A program made the position numbers and the translations under genes. A stretch of DNA of 63,520 nt, counting the filler, from Stramenopiles sp. TOSAG23-2 (taxonomy: Eukaryota), in assembly GCA_900128395.1 (NCBI GenBank). It is 7 parts of 7 records of this genome, joined end to end, with 100 filler letters (N's around TTAATTAATTAA, not from the genome) between each part and the next. Parts side by side here need not be neighbours in the genome. Positions count along the whole stretch, not along the records: positions 27,626 to 55,110 come from LT649416.1; 6 more parts are not named here. One strand, written 5' to 3'. Numbering within the stretch: position 1 is the first letter of the stretch; each line of letters begins with the position of its first letter. The notes under the pieces are model-generated. The model worked only from the letters and a program-made list of their open reading frames with translations. It was not told the origin of the DNA and did not search any database. Shown one piece after another: positions 44,101 through 53,319 of the stretch.

Positions 44101-47100
44101 ATACACAATAATCCAGCCCATGTTTAGCAATATATTTTCTGCAAACCATTTTGAAAAATATACTAAAAATTCCTTGATCCAAAAAGAGATATCACCAATA
44201 TCTTCACTTCTACCATCTAAAGTTAGCATAAAATACTTGAATACACTTTCAAAAACTCGTTTATCCAATGGTATGGTTGCATCTGACAATTCATTAATCA
44301 GTAACCTGACATGCGTCAAATTGAAAAATATGAAGAGGGCCATTACCAATTGAAACGGTAAATATAGATAAAACAACACCGTAAGAACAAAATAACGAAC
44401 TAAAACCTCATTGTTCCATGGCATGGTAATTTCTAGAAAACGCTCAAATAATGTATCTTTGTCCTCCTCCTCCTCGCCTTCTTCCACCTCTGGTTTAGCT
44501 CCTTCAATAAAAAGTTGCTTCCATGCTTTAGACCAAAACAGTCTACCACAACAAGTAGTAAATAACATAATTATGGTCAGTAACCATAATGGTGACAAAA
44601 CCAGAAAGGCAATAAAAGAAAAGACACCTGCCAAGAAATTTAACGTGATGATGTAGAAAAGATTTCCATAAAATTCAAACCATGTCAACAACGCAACCCG
44701 TATCATGTCATCGAATGCTTTTCCTTCATCCTTTCCGGAAGCAAGGAAAATCTTTTGCACGCGTTCACGTGGCAGGATTTCCATTGCCAACAGTCTTTCC
44801 ATAGCAGCACCATCTTTGGTTAGCTTCCGTAATATATTAGTTTGCGCAGCTAATTCATTTTCACTTGACTTGGCATTATCCCCTTTCCCTTCATTGTCGT
44901 TCTCCTCTATTTTCTTTTCCTCGTCAGTCTCCGTTCCATCTTCAATATCAATGGTTTCATGATCCGAATCTTTCGGTCCAAACACTGTGCGGCGTATTGT
45001 AGTACTAGTCACAAATAACAGTGATGGTTTATTATTGTTTTCAAAAAAATGATCTTCTACACCATCTATGAATTCCATTAAATTGAAAATCGTACACGCA
45101 ATGACAATTGCCATTGCGATTTCAATTACAAATGATACAACTACGCATGTTAATGCCAAAATGAAACATAATATTCCAATTAGAGATATTACCATCGCAA
45201 CAATTGTATCAAAAACGTACAGCTTGAAGCAAGCACCAGCATTTTTCAAGCCCTTAGGACCTTCTTTGGCAACAGCAGCTTTGTACTTAATCATGACATT
45301 ATAAATATCTTTCATAATGCTTGCAAATTCACTCCCTATTACCCCAAAGCGTATTATCCATTTTTGATAAAGTGTTGTTCCCGGATCACAAAATAAGTTT
45401 TTACAAAGTCTTGGTATCCTATAGAAACTTAAAAAAATCACCACTAACATTAAAAGTTGACATGGGAGGACGAAAGCGAAAAATATAATAGTTAGAAACA
45501 AATACTCTACAGCAGAGAACATGTACCTGTGACTATTACTTAAATTCTTTCTCTTCAATTTGTTAACTAATTCCATACGATAAGGCCCCAAACAAACGAT
45601 TAGGCCGCTTATAACATTAAAAATACACATACAAGATACAGGGATCCATGACAATATAACAAGTAAAAGCCTTGAAGTCGAATTAAGAAAATAAATTGGA
45701 ACAATTGAATATAAACGTACATCTGTAAATCGTTCAAACCATCGATAGATATGTTCCGTATACTGTTTACGTATTTCAAAAGTCGATTGTTTCCGAATGA
45801 TTTCCATGTCCATCGTCTCTTCTATCTTCTCTTCGTCGGTGTTCGTTGGTTCTTTTTCCTTTTTTTCTTTATTTAATGTCTTCTTGTCTCGTTTTGGTTT
45901 CACAAATATTATTTTTTTGTTTCTCTTTTCAGTCCCATTTACCAGTTTGTAAATCGCCTTTGTCAGATCTTCAATATCATCTTCGACTTCCTGCTTATTT
46001 TCTTGGTTACTTATTAATATGCCTAAGCTTAAAAAGCGACCAATAAGATCAAATACTTGTGCTAAGAGAAACAATATAACTTCTAAGAAAAAATACGAAC
46101 CAATATGAATAAAAACCACAACAAGCATAATACTACGTATTATTCTCCAAGTAAAAACATACATTGCAACAATGAAACACTGCGGTATGATAATATACAT
46201 TTTTTCCATCCTACTTGATTCTTTGCTAAATAATTTTTCTAGGCATCGTTTAAATTCCACGTGTAGAGGCGAGGTAGCGATTAAAACGATTAAAAAAACA
46301 AATTCAACTGGCATCCAAAGCCATTGCAAGAAATATGTTTCGAGAAAATACTTTACAATGATAGACAATCTTGTAAATGGTAATGCTAGACTATATGGTT
46401 CGTAACCAGGTTTTTTGCCCTCCTCTACCAACTCATCGTAGCAATATTTCCATGTAATATGTTCATTCGGACCGAAAAAATAATACACGACCTCGCCGGG
46501 AGAAGGAATTAAAATTAAGATAAACAATACCGCACCAACTACATGCAACACAATTTGTACGACGCACCATGCTACGATTGCAATGTCAAATATAACTGAA
46601 GCACAAAACATTTTGGGAATGAGAACAAACCAAGCGTAAAAGTTAAGCGTTAGCCATTCGTTACACTTCCCTATAAACAGAGGCATTGTTAACATATTTA
46701 CGTGCGTTTTTTTAATTTCACTTAACGTTTTAGTACGATTGTATCCATTCTTGATATATACTTCAATGATCTCATCGTCCGTGATAGATTTCGTATAAGG
46801 CTTGAAATTAAGAACAAGTATATCTTTGCCTTCCTCCACCTTCTTTACGTCCGCTATTTTTGCATCCGTTAATTTCGAATCAACGGATATTGCCTTTGTT
46901 TTTTCATCTTCGTCGTTTGCTGTAGCATTGAACACATCCTTACTTTTCAATTCAATCCCTACAACTTGAGTCTCCGCATTTGTATTAGTAGTATTTTTGT
47001 CGTTGTTATCTCTTCCGAACCAAAAAGACTGTTCCTTGCTAACTTCAGAATATTCTTCTTTCCCTAAGATACACGTATACACTAGCATAATCATTTCAAT

Positions 47101-48804
47101 TGGGATCCATACCAAAGAAAAACTTGCGAAGATTATTAACAATGGCAGGTAAAGCACAAATATTATGAAATCGATAAGACTAAATAAAAATCTAGAAATT
47201 ACAGCAAACAGGCGTTCATTGAACGTGAAACGATTATACTTCATATCTAAAATAAATATTATATTTCCAAAATGCCATGGATTCAAGAAAGGTGTTACAA
47301 AGGCTAGCGGCACTGATACTAAGATCACCAAATCTTGGGCTATATTTATAAATAACATTGCAGGGAATGTAAAAAATATAAATACCCAACCAACAATTGG
47401 CTCCATCCAATTTTTATTTCGGAGGGCGCCAAACGTTGAGTCCTCACGATACCAATTGTAATTAAAATAAATCGGATTAGTAACTGCCAATAATAATAAG
47501 CAAACGCCAATCACAATAAAATATGCAGCAATTGCTGGAAAGAAAATAAAAATGAGGAAGCGTCGAAGTGCAATTAAACCATGAGTCCAAACGAACTTAA
47601 ACAATTTGTCTTCTCGATCCATATCCTTTGCATTCTTGTAATTCTTGACAAACTCAAAATAGTTATCCGTATCATAAATCGAGGTTATCAAAATAAGCGA
47701 AATGAAAAAAATATACGATGGAATCAAGAAGATATGAGCAAGCGCCTCACAAAAGTACGCGGTAGTTCCGAAGACGTATTTCCAAAACCAATCTCCTATT
47801 TTTTCCTCTGGTTTTATAATCAAATGTGCTTTTTTATTCATTATCTCATTCCTCCAGGCATCATATTCCACAGGACTTAGCCAAATGACGATTACCATGC
47901 AACTTTGTAATAAAAATAAACACAATAAAATTGGGGAAAATATGACCAGACTAAGTAGTTTTATCTGATGCATTAACTTTCCCTTTCCATCCCGTACAAA
48001 ACAACACATTGATATGGCGTATATAATAACCAAAACGATAAATACGATGAAGTAAACCCACCAAGGTATACATGGAAAATACCAAATGTCCATCTCACTT
48101 TTAAAATTTCCGCTGGATGGTACCGGTTGTGGGCATATACCTGCTAGTATTTTATTGGAGTTGCTTACATTTCCAGCTTTCAGCGACTGTGCGTAACATG
48201 AATGGACAGGCTCTTGACATCTAAAGTTTGTCCTTGTCGTAAATCGCGTTTCATCCTGTTCTGTTATAGGATTCTTGTATTTATAATGAATCAATGTAGC
48301 GTAGGAATTATCATCACTACATTTTCGCCCGTACAGGCACTCATTAAATGGGAAAATTTCGTTTGTGCATGTATCAATCTTCTCCATTCTTGCACATGGT
48401 GGATCAGCGCAGTGATAGCTGTTGTGGGGGGGATCTTCTTCATCGTCTATTTTGCAAGAATCTTCACTAGATTCATGCTTTGCTTTATCTTGTATGATTA
48501 AAATTGCGTTGGAGCCTGGGATACGTTTAGCTATTAGACCGTCACGTTTCTCATTTTTTACGATCATTTGCTCTGCGATTTGACTGGTCTCTAAGAATTC
48601 CATAGTGGACAAATCTTTGCAAAAACTATTCCCCCAATTTAAAGATCTTGCAACACATTTTTCCAATTTACCAATAGTAGGGGAACCAGTATCTCCTAAT
48701 AAAGCTTTGAATTTTTCTATCTCAGGGTGGTATATTAACGCACCACTTAAATCGACGACATAATATTGTGAAGAATCTGGTTTATAATGTTGCCCCCCCC
48801 CCAC
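40927..48804 (-). CDS. Giant gene part 2: end of second dCache, Cys-rich stalk, very long repetitive polytopic membrane region with UBA/CUE-like modules
   Basis: YYVVDLSGALIYHP continues the Cache domain across a G10 frameshift; dozens of hydrophobic segments separated by acidic loops. Confidence 0.75.
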   Translation of the reverse strand: MGGGQHYKPDSSQYYVVDLSGALIYHPEIEKFKALLGDTGSPTIGKLEKCVARSLNWGNSFCKDLSTMEFLETSQIAEQMIVKNEKRDGLIAKRIPGSNAILIIQDKAKHESSEDSCKIDDEEDPPHNSYHCADPPCARMEKIDTCTNEIFPFNECLYGRKCSDDNSYATLIHYKYKNPITEQDETRFTTRTNFRCQEPVHSCYAQSLKAGNVSNSNKILAGICPQPVPSSGNFKSEMDIWYFPCIPWWVYFIVFIVLVIIYAISMCCFVRDGKGKLMHQIKLLSLVIFSPILLCLFLLQSCMVIVIWLSPVEYDAWRNEIMNKKAHLIIKPEEKIGDWFWKYVFGTTAYFCEALAHIFLIPSYIFFISLILITSIYDTDNYFEFVKNYKNAKDMDREDKLFKFVWTHGLIALRRFLIFIFFPAIAAYFIVIGVCLLLLAVTNPIYFNYNWYREDSTFGALRNKNWMEPIVGWVFIFFTFPAMLFINIAQDLVILVSVPLAFVTPFLNPWHFGNIIFILDMKYNRFTFNERLFAVISRFLFSLIDFIIFVLYLPLLIIFASFSLVWIPIEMIMLVYTCILGKEEYSEVSKEQSFWFGRDNNDKNTTNTNAETQVVGIELKSKDVFNATANDEDEKTKAISVDSKLTDAKIADVKKVEEGKDILVLNFKPYTKSITDDEIIEVYIKNGYNRTKTLSEIKKTHVNMLTMPLFIGKCNEWLTLNFYAWFVLIPKMFCASVIFDIAIVAWCVVQIVLHVVGAVLFILILIPSPGEVVYYFFGPNEHITWKYCYDELVEEGKKPGYEPYSLALPFTRLSIIVKYFLETYFLQWLWMPVEFVFLIVLIATSPLHVEFKRCLEKLFSKESSRMEKMYIIIPQCFIVAMYVFTWRIIRSIMLVVVFIHIGSYFFLEVILFLLAQVFDLIGRFLSLGILISNQENKQEVEDDIEDLTKAIYKLVNGTEKRNKKIIFVKPKRDKKTLNKEKKEKEPTNTDEEKIEETMDMEIIRKQSTFEIRKQYTEHIYRWFERFTDVRLYSIVPIYFLNSTSRLLLVILSWIPVSCMCIFNVISGLIVCLGPYRMELVNKLKRKNLSNSHRYMFSAVEYLFLTIIFFAFVLPCQLLMLVVIFLSFYRIPRLCKNLFCDPGTTLYQKWIIRFGVIGSEFASIMKDIYNVMIKYKAAVAKEGPKGLKNAGACFKLYVFDTIVAMVISLIGILCFILALTCVVVSFVIEIAMAIVIACTIFNLMEFIDGVEDHFFENNNKPSLLFVTSTTIRRTVFGPKDSDHETIDIEDGTETDEEKKIEENDNEGKGDNAKSSENELAAQTNILRKLTKDGAAMERLLAMEILPRERVQKIFLASGKDEGKAFDDMIRVALLTWFEFYGNLFYIITLNFLAGVFSFIAFLVLSPLWLLTIIMLFTTCCGRLFWSKAWKQLFIEGAKPEVEEGEEEEDKDTLFERFLEITMPWNNEVLVRYFVLTVLFYLYLPFQLVMALFIFFNLTHVRLLINELSDATIPLDKRVFESVFKYFMLTLDGRSEDIGDISFWIKEFLVYFSKWFAENILLNMGWIIVYVISGIVTFLCVIIQFPMVIVVFVSGNLLEYYKDMKDPDTGRYSKIFFAVLIPWFLESVLFLIVFPFQLFMTIMICITCIQFKKLMFDLGWCHKRKKLRNNDKNALIDFMENNGDKFNTKKKEPIFKLYGALMYLELKKTPDFINANSIGRSRLRQTAQNAVLKRLEKIICNRTNKQIAKCLDNRLEEIRLYQKFYAIPSNCFTMLGKIIVHTIVGTIWVISKFLKGTKIVMIFLIRDVTGKFLIFSLYYLPVRIIFYVSMCIMSLIIRLGCIQWRTWIKNSKRAYKEFKEVKSKFKHEKETMLNLDNIDVEEELSDTTDKADTIEDGEKEEDDKSISSNKAYLALLELNMFDEALLSKVYLANEKDMAKTVEALKVVLQSNRLKKSDKLNIRSNLFKIAFNATLITIQFVFYFFTFFLLGVVLNLLVCKFQLFNDFFDPNITFENKIWNIVWKHLAERLNDILNTTCKCGKNIGQLFGSLLYYLCVGLILLVFGLIAGSLSLAMSIVICSNVLLIGTFIESVGNVKDKKRDLIPTILALFMYAILLHIYPFTNLAIFPLMFLYCFCFAKSNDEKGIVVAAWRAICCGKYKGRSKEKVVPHAIGKDGDDEVEKDVYANYIEKYQDIEPHIVKMAYDVHMGVEKNMETALSPDPSVLIMQVSTSSILNLHVLFFSIFWRQLKWFSYDVVIKIFLKGMAYGIAIIFAIICGCICIPLLIVISITPYGPCFEDGLSFKGGIVHAGSLIPAYFIVSVVWLATMPIQYVLCGSTVLLREATSQKYNKKYKDKRLKEYGEVGFPTKHFLFFQYFPLALGHFAIETLMPCLGKSFMIVVQIIVGIAGFSFGLVILAIEAFMFVFIVFSGVLGYLEMSGVNGMYLPEVWKVIKCTGDNKVEWYNRLLVIPLAFPFAIMHILTFPFYQPMRVFVHIFGCKCCVKKRDNELFPNAQMENDRRILDDDMEPHSKYFRLVFPVVFWFFYIFIQNILNPPLFVLLYCLNLLIISINRIFYRYVALEIRAYVSRKFYLWPEMLAKGANSSIRNFCYRNKLRKGNLRSRVSKW

Positions 48805-51800
48805 ACTGCTTTATCAAATATAGATTTTAATGTTTCTACACTAAAATCTAAACCAGCGACTCCAGCAACAGTCTTATTTTCATCACTTAACACAGCAACC
48901 GATAAAGTCGAACACGGTTTTTTACTAAAGGTATCTATGTAAGTCGACAAACATGTCCACGTGGGATATTCTACGCTACGCATGTACCATGGCCGTTTTC
49001 TAGGATCGTAAAAGCGTGATTCGGGTGCGCCAGTCAATTTTCGGAAAACACCATTCGTTGTTCCAAAATATTTAGCAATGACCGATGTCCCTAAACCTGG
49101 ACGTTCTTTCCAACATTTTTCAACGGAGCGAGTTAAGAAAATATCTTCCAGTACACGAGGTCTTACCATTTTTTCAAAATCAAGACGTGCATCAAGCTCA
49201 TCGCTATTAATTAAGTCATTATACCGAGTTACGCGATCTACGCTTTCCTTTATTGAATGTCCTCGGTCCAAATCCCCTTGTTGAATATATAGGTACGGAT
49301 CACGATATGCACTGGATGCCAATTTCCAAACGCTTTCCTCAAACGTAACATTCGTCTGCGTATAATACCCTTCACAAGTAGGGAACCCAGAGTCAAAATA
49401 TGTATTAGGCGTTGGTACAACGTCTACACGATGGTACCAATCTTTGTAGTCCTTGCTTAATTTTGTCTGTGCATTGGTAACACTTCCAGGTTCAATGACA
49501 CGAATTTTTGCATCTTGATCTTCCAATACGAATGCCACGCTAAATTCAACCTTATCAACTTTCTTCCAATATATGTTTGCGCAAAATGTTAAATGCGTTG
49601 CTCCTTCCGCCGATGTCCCTCGTGGCATTAGCATTTGCATTTTTACGTATTTCGAACCGCTACCGCCAGCAGTCATGCTGTTACGAATTTCATTGATAAA
49701 AGTTTGATCCACGCCTTTTGAACTGTCCCAACTAGATGCAATCCCATCACATGATTGTAAAATCATCAAATCTTTGATATCCACAAATTTTGGATTTTTG
49801 CCATTTTTATCCTCAGGGGATGGCAGCGAGGGGTGATAAAGAACCCTGCCAGAAAAATCAATTAAGAACCCAAATGATTTTTTACCGTGATTTTTTGCAT
49901 CTGCTAAATCTTTGAAAATATCAGCAACTGCTAAATCAATGCCTGCAACACCAAAATAACGTTCTTGATCTTGCAAAATAAACGTTTCGTTTTTGGACAC
50001 ATCTTTATTCATATACATTGGTACTGCCCCGGTTATGACTACGCCTAAGCCTGAAAAATCGAAATATGGTAATGTCAAACGTACTCCTCCTTGTTGTGAT
50101 TCATACAAGTAATTCCCTGTCTCGTAGTAGGTGCCCATTTTGGACATCAAATCGCCAAAATTTTCATCCTTCACAAACACAGGTTTTATTACGGACATAT
50201 CTGAAATTTCAGATTGATATTCTTCCACGCCTGCACCTAATAAGAAGTTAAAGAGATCAGGTGGAGTTGCCATTTCACCGCTTAATTTTTCAATTAAAGC
50301 TTCTACTTGTTCGAAATTTTCTGTAACGCCTTCTTTCCCTGTTTTTGGCAATGTTGGAGCGCCATCTGTTAAAAATATAATAGCTGACTTACGAGAACTT
50401 AATGTTTTTCTTGAATTTAAATATTCAAATGCCGTAGTAAATGCAGCATGGTAATTTGTTTTGCCATTAGGTGCAATAGTCTCGATAAAATGGTTTAAAA
50501 ACTCTTTGTTGTGATGATTTGCTGGTGCTAAATTTCTAGTGCCTTCTTCTATCGATCCTCTGTAATCGATTGTTTTGCGAGCACCGGCCGTGCAAACATA
50601 ATCAAATGGATCACTTTCCAATTTGCTTTTCCATAATTTATTTTCTAGACTATTAGGATCTTCAAGGCAGCACAAATAGGCGTCTCCACGCCCGCGGCAA
50701 TGGCGGGCATCTTCCAGTTTGAAAGCTTTGTAATCCTTATTATTATTGCAAGTAGTAGCACCACAACAGTCAGAATTATCACACAAATCAACCCTGCAGT
50801 TGCGGGGTCCAGTCGTTGGAAAATGCACTACATCACTAAACGATATAACTGCAACACGATCATCATCATTCAACGTTTTTAAAACTTGTTTGGCAGCTTT
50901 TTTTGCATATTTCATACGATCGTACTCCAACATACTACCACTGCTGTCGATGATGATGACAATATCTTTTGGTTCACCAGCAGCTTTAACATACCATGGT
51001 CGTGTACGTGGATCATATGCAGGAATATCCGTTAAAAAATACAACCAAACCCACATAAGTAATAGCGGCAAGGCAAATCCAACCAACCAATATGCAGTGC
51101 ATTTTTTGCCCAGGCCTCTACCACCTGTTGTAGCTTCATCATCACCATCATCATTATTCTTATCTAAAACAACTTTATTTATCTGTGGAAAAATCACAAA
51201 AGTTGAGATGTAAAATAATGAAAAGATAGAAAGGGCCCAAAATACAATTACGGCAATTAACCCCCCGGACATTTCTTGTCCAAAATTATTTGAACCATTC
51301 GCATCAATAAATTCGCCATCTTCTGTTATATCACGCCGAAACCCTACTAACAATGCCAATGTAAAAGGAACGTAATCAAGCCAAAACAATAAAAGAGCAA
51401 TCCATGCCATAGCCCTTTTCTCATATAATTGACCAGTTTCAATAGTTTCAGATTGAAAATGGACCAAATCTTCCTCAGCAAGCGTCTCATCATCGTTCTC
51501 ATTTTCTTCTTCTCTTTCATGATCCCTATCACCACGCACTTTAAAAGTTTCTTTTTTCAGTTTAAATGTTTTTTGTTCATTGGTCATCGCTCGTAATTCT
51601 CGACTGGGCATTTTCATCAACCGTTTTCCATTTTCACTTTTTCCAATCAAAATTATGCCATAATAATCTTTGATGAAATAAATCCACCATATATGGAAAA
51701 TTATTGTTGGCAACACAAGTAGCGTTAAAGCAAATATCAATACACGAAATGTCGGTGTAAAATTGCGGCCAGTAGATATGCCTAGTATTCTATCCCTTCG

Positions 51801-52499
51801 AGCGGGGTATCGCCTGTGATAGCCGGAAGTCGATGAAACATATTGCCATTTAATTGTTTTCGCAGTTTCAAAATTTTCTTTAAATACTTCATCCAGTTTC
51901 GCTTCTTTACACGCTGCTTCAAATCGAAGTAAATTTAAATGTGAACTAAATATATCATCGGTTTTCTGGGGGTAAATCTCTGTATACCATGGTAAATTTG
52001 CACATGAATGTTTCGGATCGACTGAGGAGTAAAATGCATCGTTGTACCGCGCCTCGTGATCGTTAAAGTCTTGACATAGATCAATTGTCCAAATGGCATC
52101 TCTTCCTTCTTTGGCATACATTTCGTTCGCTTTTTTATCTATAAAGTCAAAATTTGTATTATACTGGTCCTCTAATTTATTTTTCAAATTTGTTAACGGA
52201 GTAATTAACTTCTGTTCAATGGTAGTTGCAACATGCGCTGCCATATCTTCAAGTATACGCGTACCATTTACATTATTCGAAATGTATTTTGCATCGTTTG
52301 AATAAGTATTTTGCAAGACGTTGGTACATAGTTGCTCACGTGATAATTTTTTTAAATCAGCAGATATTTTATCAGCAATCTCATTGATTTGTGTAAAACT
52401 AGAATAACTTGGAGCACAAGACACGATTGTTGTTTTTATTATTATTATAGTTAAAATAATAACTAAATGTTTTAGACTACAATGGTGAACTGGCGACAT
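48747..52499 (-). CDS. Giant gene part 1: alpha2delta/CACHD1-like ectodomain (signal peptide, dCache with inserted vWA, second dCache) plus 4-TM insert
   Basis: LDEVFKENF...IKWQYVSSTSGYHRRYPA; YDPRTRPWY-KDIVIIIDSSGSM...FLTDG; TLPYFD...GVAGIDL; GFLIDFSGRVLYHP; second YDPRKRPWY...YID...GVAGLDF. Confidence 0.85.
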   Translation of the reverse strand: MSPVHHCSLKHLVIILTIIIIKTTIVSCAPSYSSFTQINEIADKISADLKKLSREQLCTNVLQNTYSNDAKYISNNVNGTRILEDMAAHVATTIEQKLITPLTNLKNKLEDQYNTNFDFIDKKANEMYAKEGRDAIWTIDLCQDFNDHEARYNDAFYSSVDPKHSCANLPWYTEIYPQKTDDIFSSHLNLLRFEAACKEAKLDEVFKENFETAKTIKWQYVSSTSGYHRRYPARRDRILGISTGRNFTPTFRVLIFALTLLVLPTIIFHIWWIYFIKDYYGIILIGKSENGKRLMKMPSRELRAMTNEQKTFKLKKETFKVRGDRDHEREEENENDDETLAEEDLVHFQSETIETGQLYEKRAMAWIALLLFWLDYVPFTLALLVGFRRDITEDGEFIDANGSNNFGQEMSGGLIAVIVFWALSIFSLFYISTFVIFPQINKVVLDKNNDDGDDEATTGGRGLGKKCTAYWLVGFALPLLLMWVWLYFLTDIPAYDPRTRPWYVKAAGEPKDIVIIIDSSGSMLEYDRMKYAKKAAKQVLKTLNDDDRVAVISFSDVVHFPTTGPRNCRVDLCDNSDCCGATTCNNNKDYKAFKLEDARHCRGRGDAYLCCLEDPNSLENKLWKSKLESDPFDYVCTAGARKTIDYRGSIEEGTRNLAPANHHNKEFLNHFIETIAPNGKTNYHAAFTTAFEYLNSRKTLSSRKSAIIFLTDGAPTLPKTGKEGVTENFEQVEALIEKLSGEMATPPDLFNFLLGAGVEEYQSEISDMSVIKPVFVKDENFGDLMSKMGTYYETGNYLYESQQGGVRLTLPYFDFSGLGVVITGAVPMYMNKDVSKNETFILQDQERYFGVAGIDLAVADIFKDLADAKNHGKKSFGFLIDFSGRVLYHPSLPSPEDKNGKNPKFVDIKDLMILQSCDGIASSWDSSKGVDQTFINEIRNSMTAGGSGSKYVKMQMLMPRGTSAEGATHLTFCANIYWKKVDKVEFSVAFVLEDQDAKIRVIEPGSVTNAQTKLSKDYKDWYHRVDVVPTPNTYFDSGFPTCEGYYTQTNVTFEESVWKLASSAYRDPYLYIQQGDLDRGHSIKESVDRVTRYNDLINSDELDARLDFEKMVRPRVLEDIFLTRSVEKCWKERPGLGTSVIAKYFGTTNGVFRKLTGAPESRFYDPRKRPWYMRSVEYPTWTCLSTYIDTFSKKPCSTLSVAVLSDENKTVAGVAGLDFSVETLKSIFDKAVWGGGNIINQILHNIMSSI

Positions 52500-53319
52500 T
52501 ATTTGTTTATATTTGTTTGTTTCTTTCTAAAATCGTTAAAATCGTTTTTTATAGCTTTTCTATTTCTTACTTTAATTATATATATGTAAGCCGCTCTTTT
52601 GTGGGTGTGTGGGTGTTTACAGAATGTGCATATATGGTGTACATACGTAGTAGTAAGTGGGAAAGGGGAAATGGGTTTTTTCTTTCCAAGGGGGTACTAT
52701 ACTAACAAGTATAAACACGAAATTTAAAAATCAAATTTTTTTTTGTTTATAATCTTGTTTGTGATAATCCAATGATATTACTATATACGTTAAAATTTAA
52801 ATTTAAAAATACTTTCACTTATCCCCATTTAGTGCGTACGCGTCGTTTACCTATCAAAAAAATATTATAATCTGATATAATGCTATAATGCTATATTGCT
52901 GTATTAATATATTATAATATAACACACATCATCACCCACAACTGGCCAACCTAAAATAAAAACCCCCAAAAAAAACAACACCCTACTCTGGCAAGCGCAG
53001 AGTCTTCCCTAACAACACCCCAACAAGAAGATATTAGCACATTAATATTAATAATTATATGTATCGATATAGAATAGTATACATACAAAATATAAAACAT
53101 ATAACAAAAATAATATATATATATACATATATATATACATACATTCAATACAAAATAAAACTAACAATCTCTCTTTTTCTCTCTTCCAACAACAACAACA
53201 ACAACAAACTAAATAAAAAATAGAATCAAACAAGCAACATTAGATCGAGCATTATTAATATACAAACGTATAGCAAAATTAGATACATACATACATACAG
53301 ATACTTTTTCTATTGTGCA

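Noticed and set aside
40927-48804. Voltage-gated Ca/Na channel alpha1 fused to alpha2delta
   Set aside because: No S4 (R/K-x-x)n voltage sensors or recognisable pore-loop/selectivity filter motifs were seen in the membrane region.
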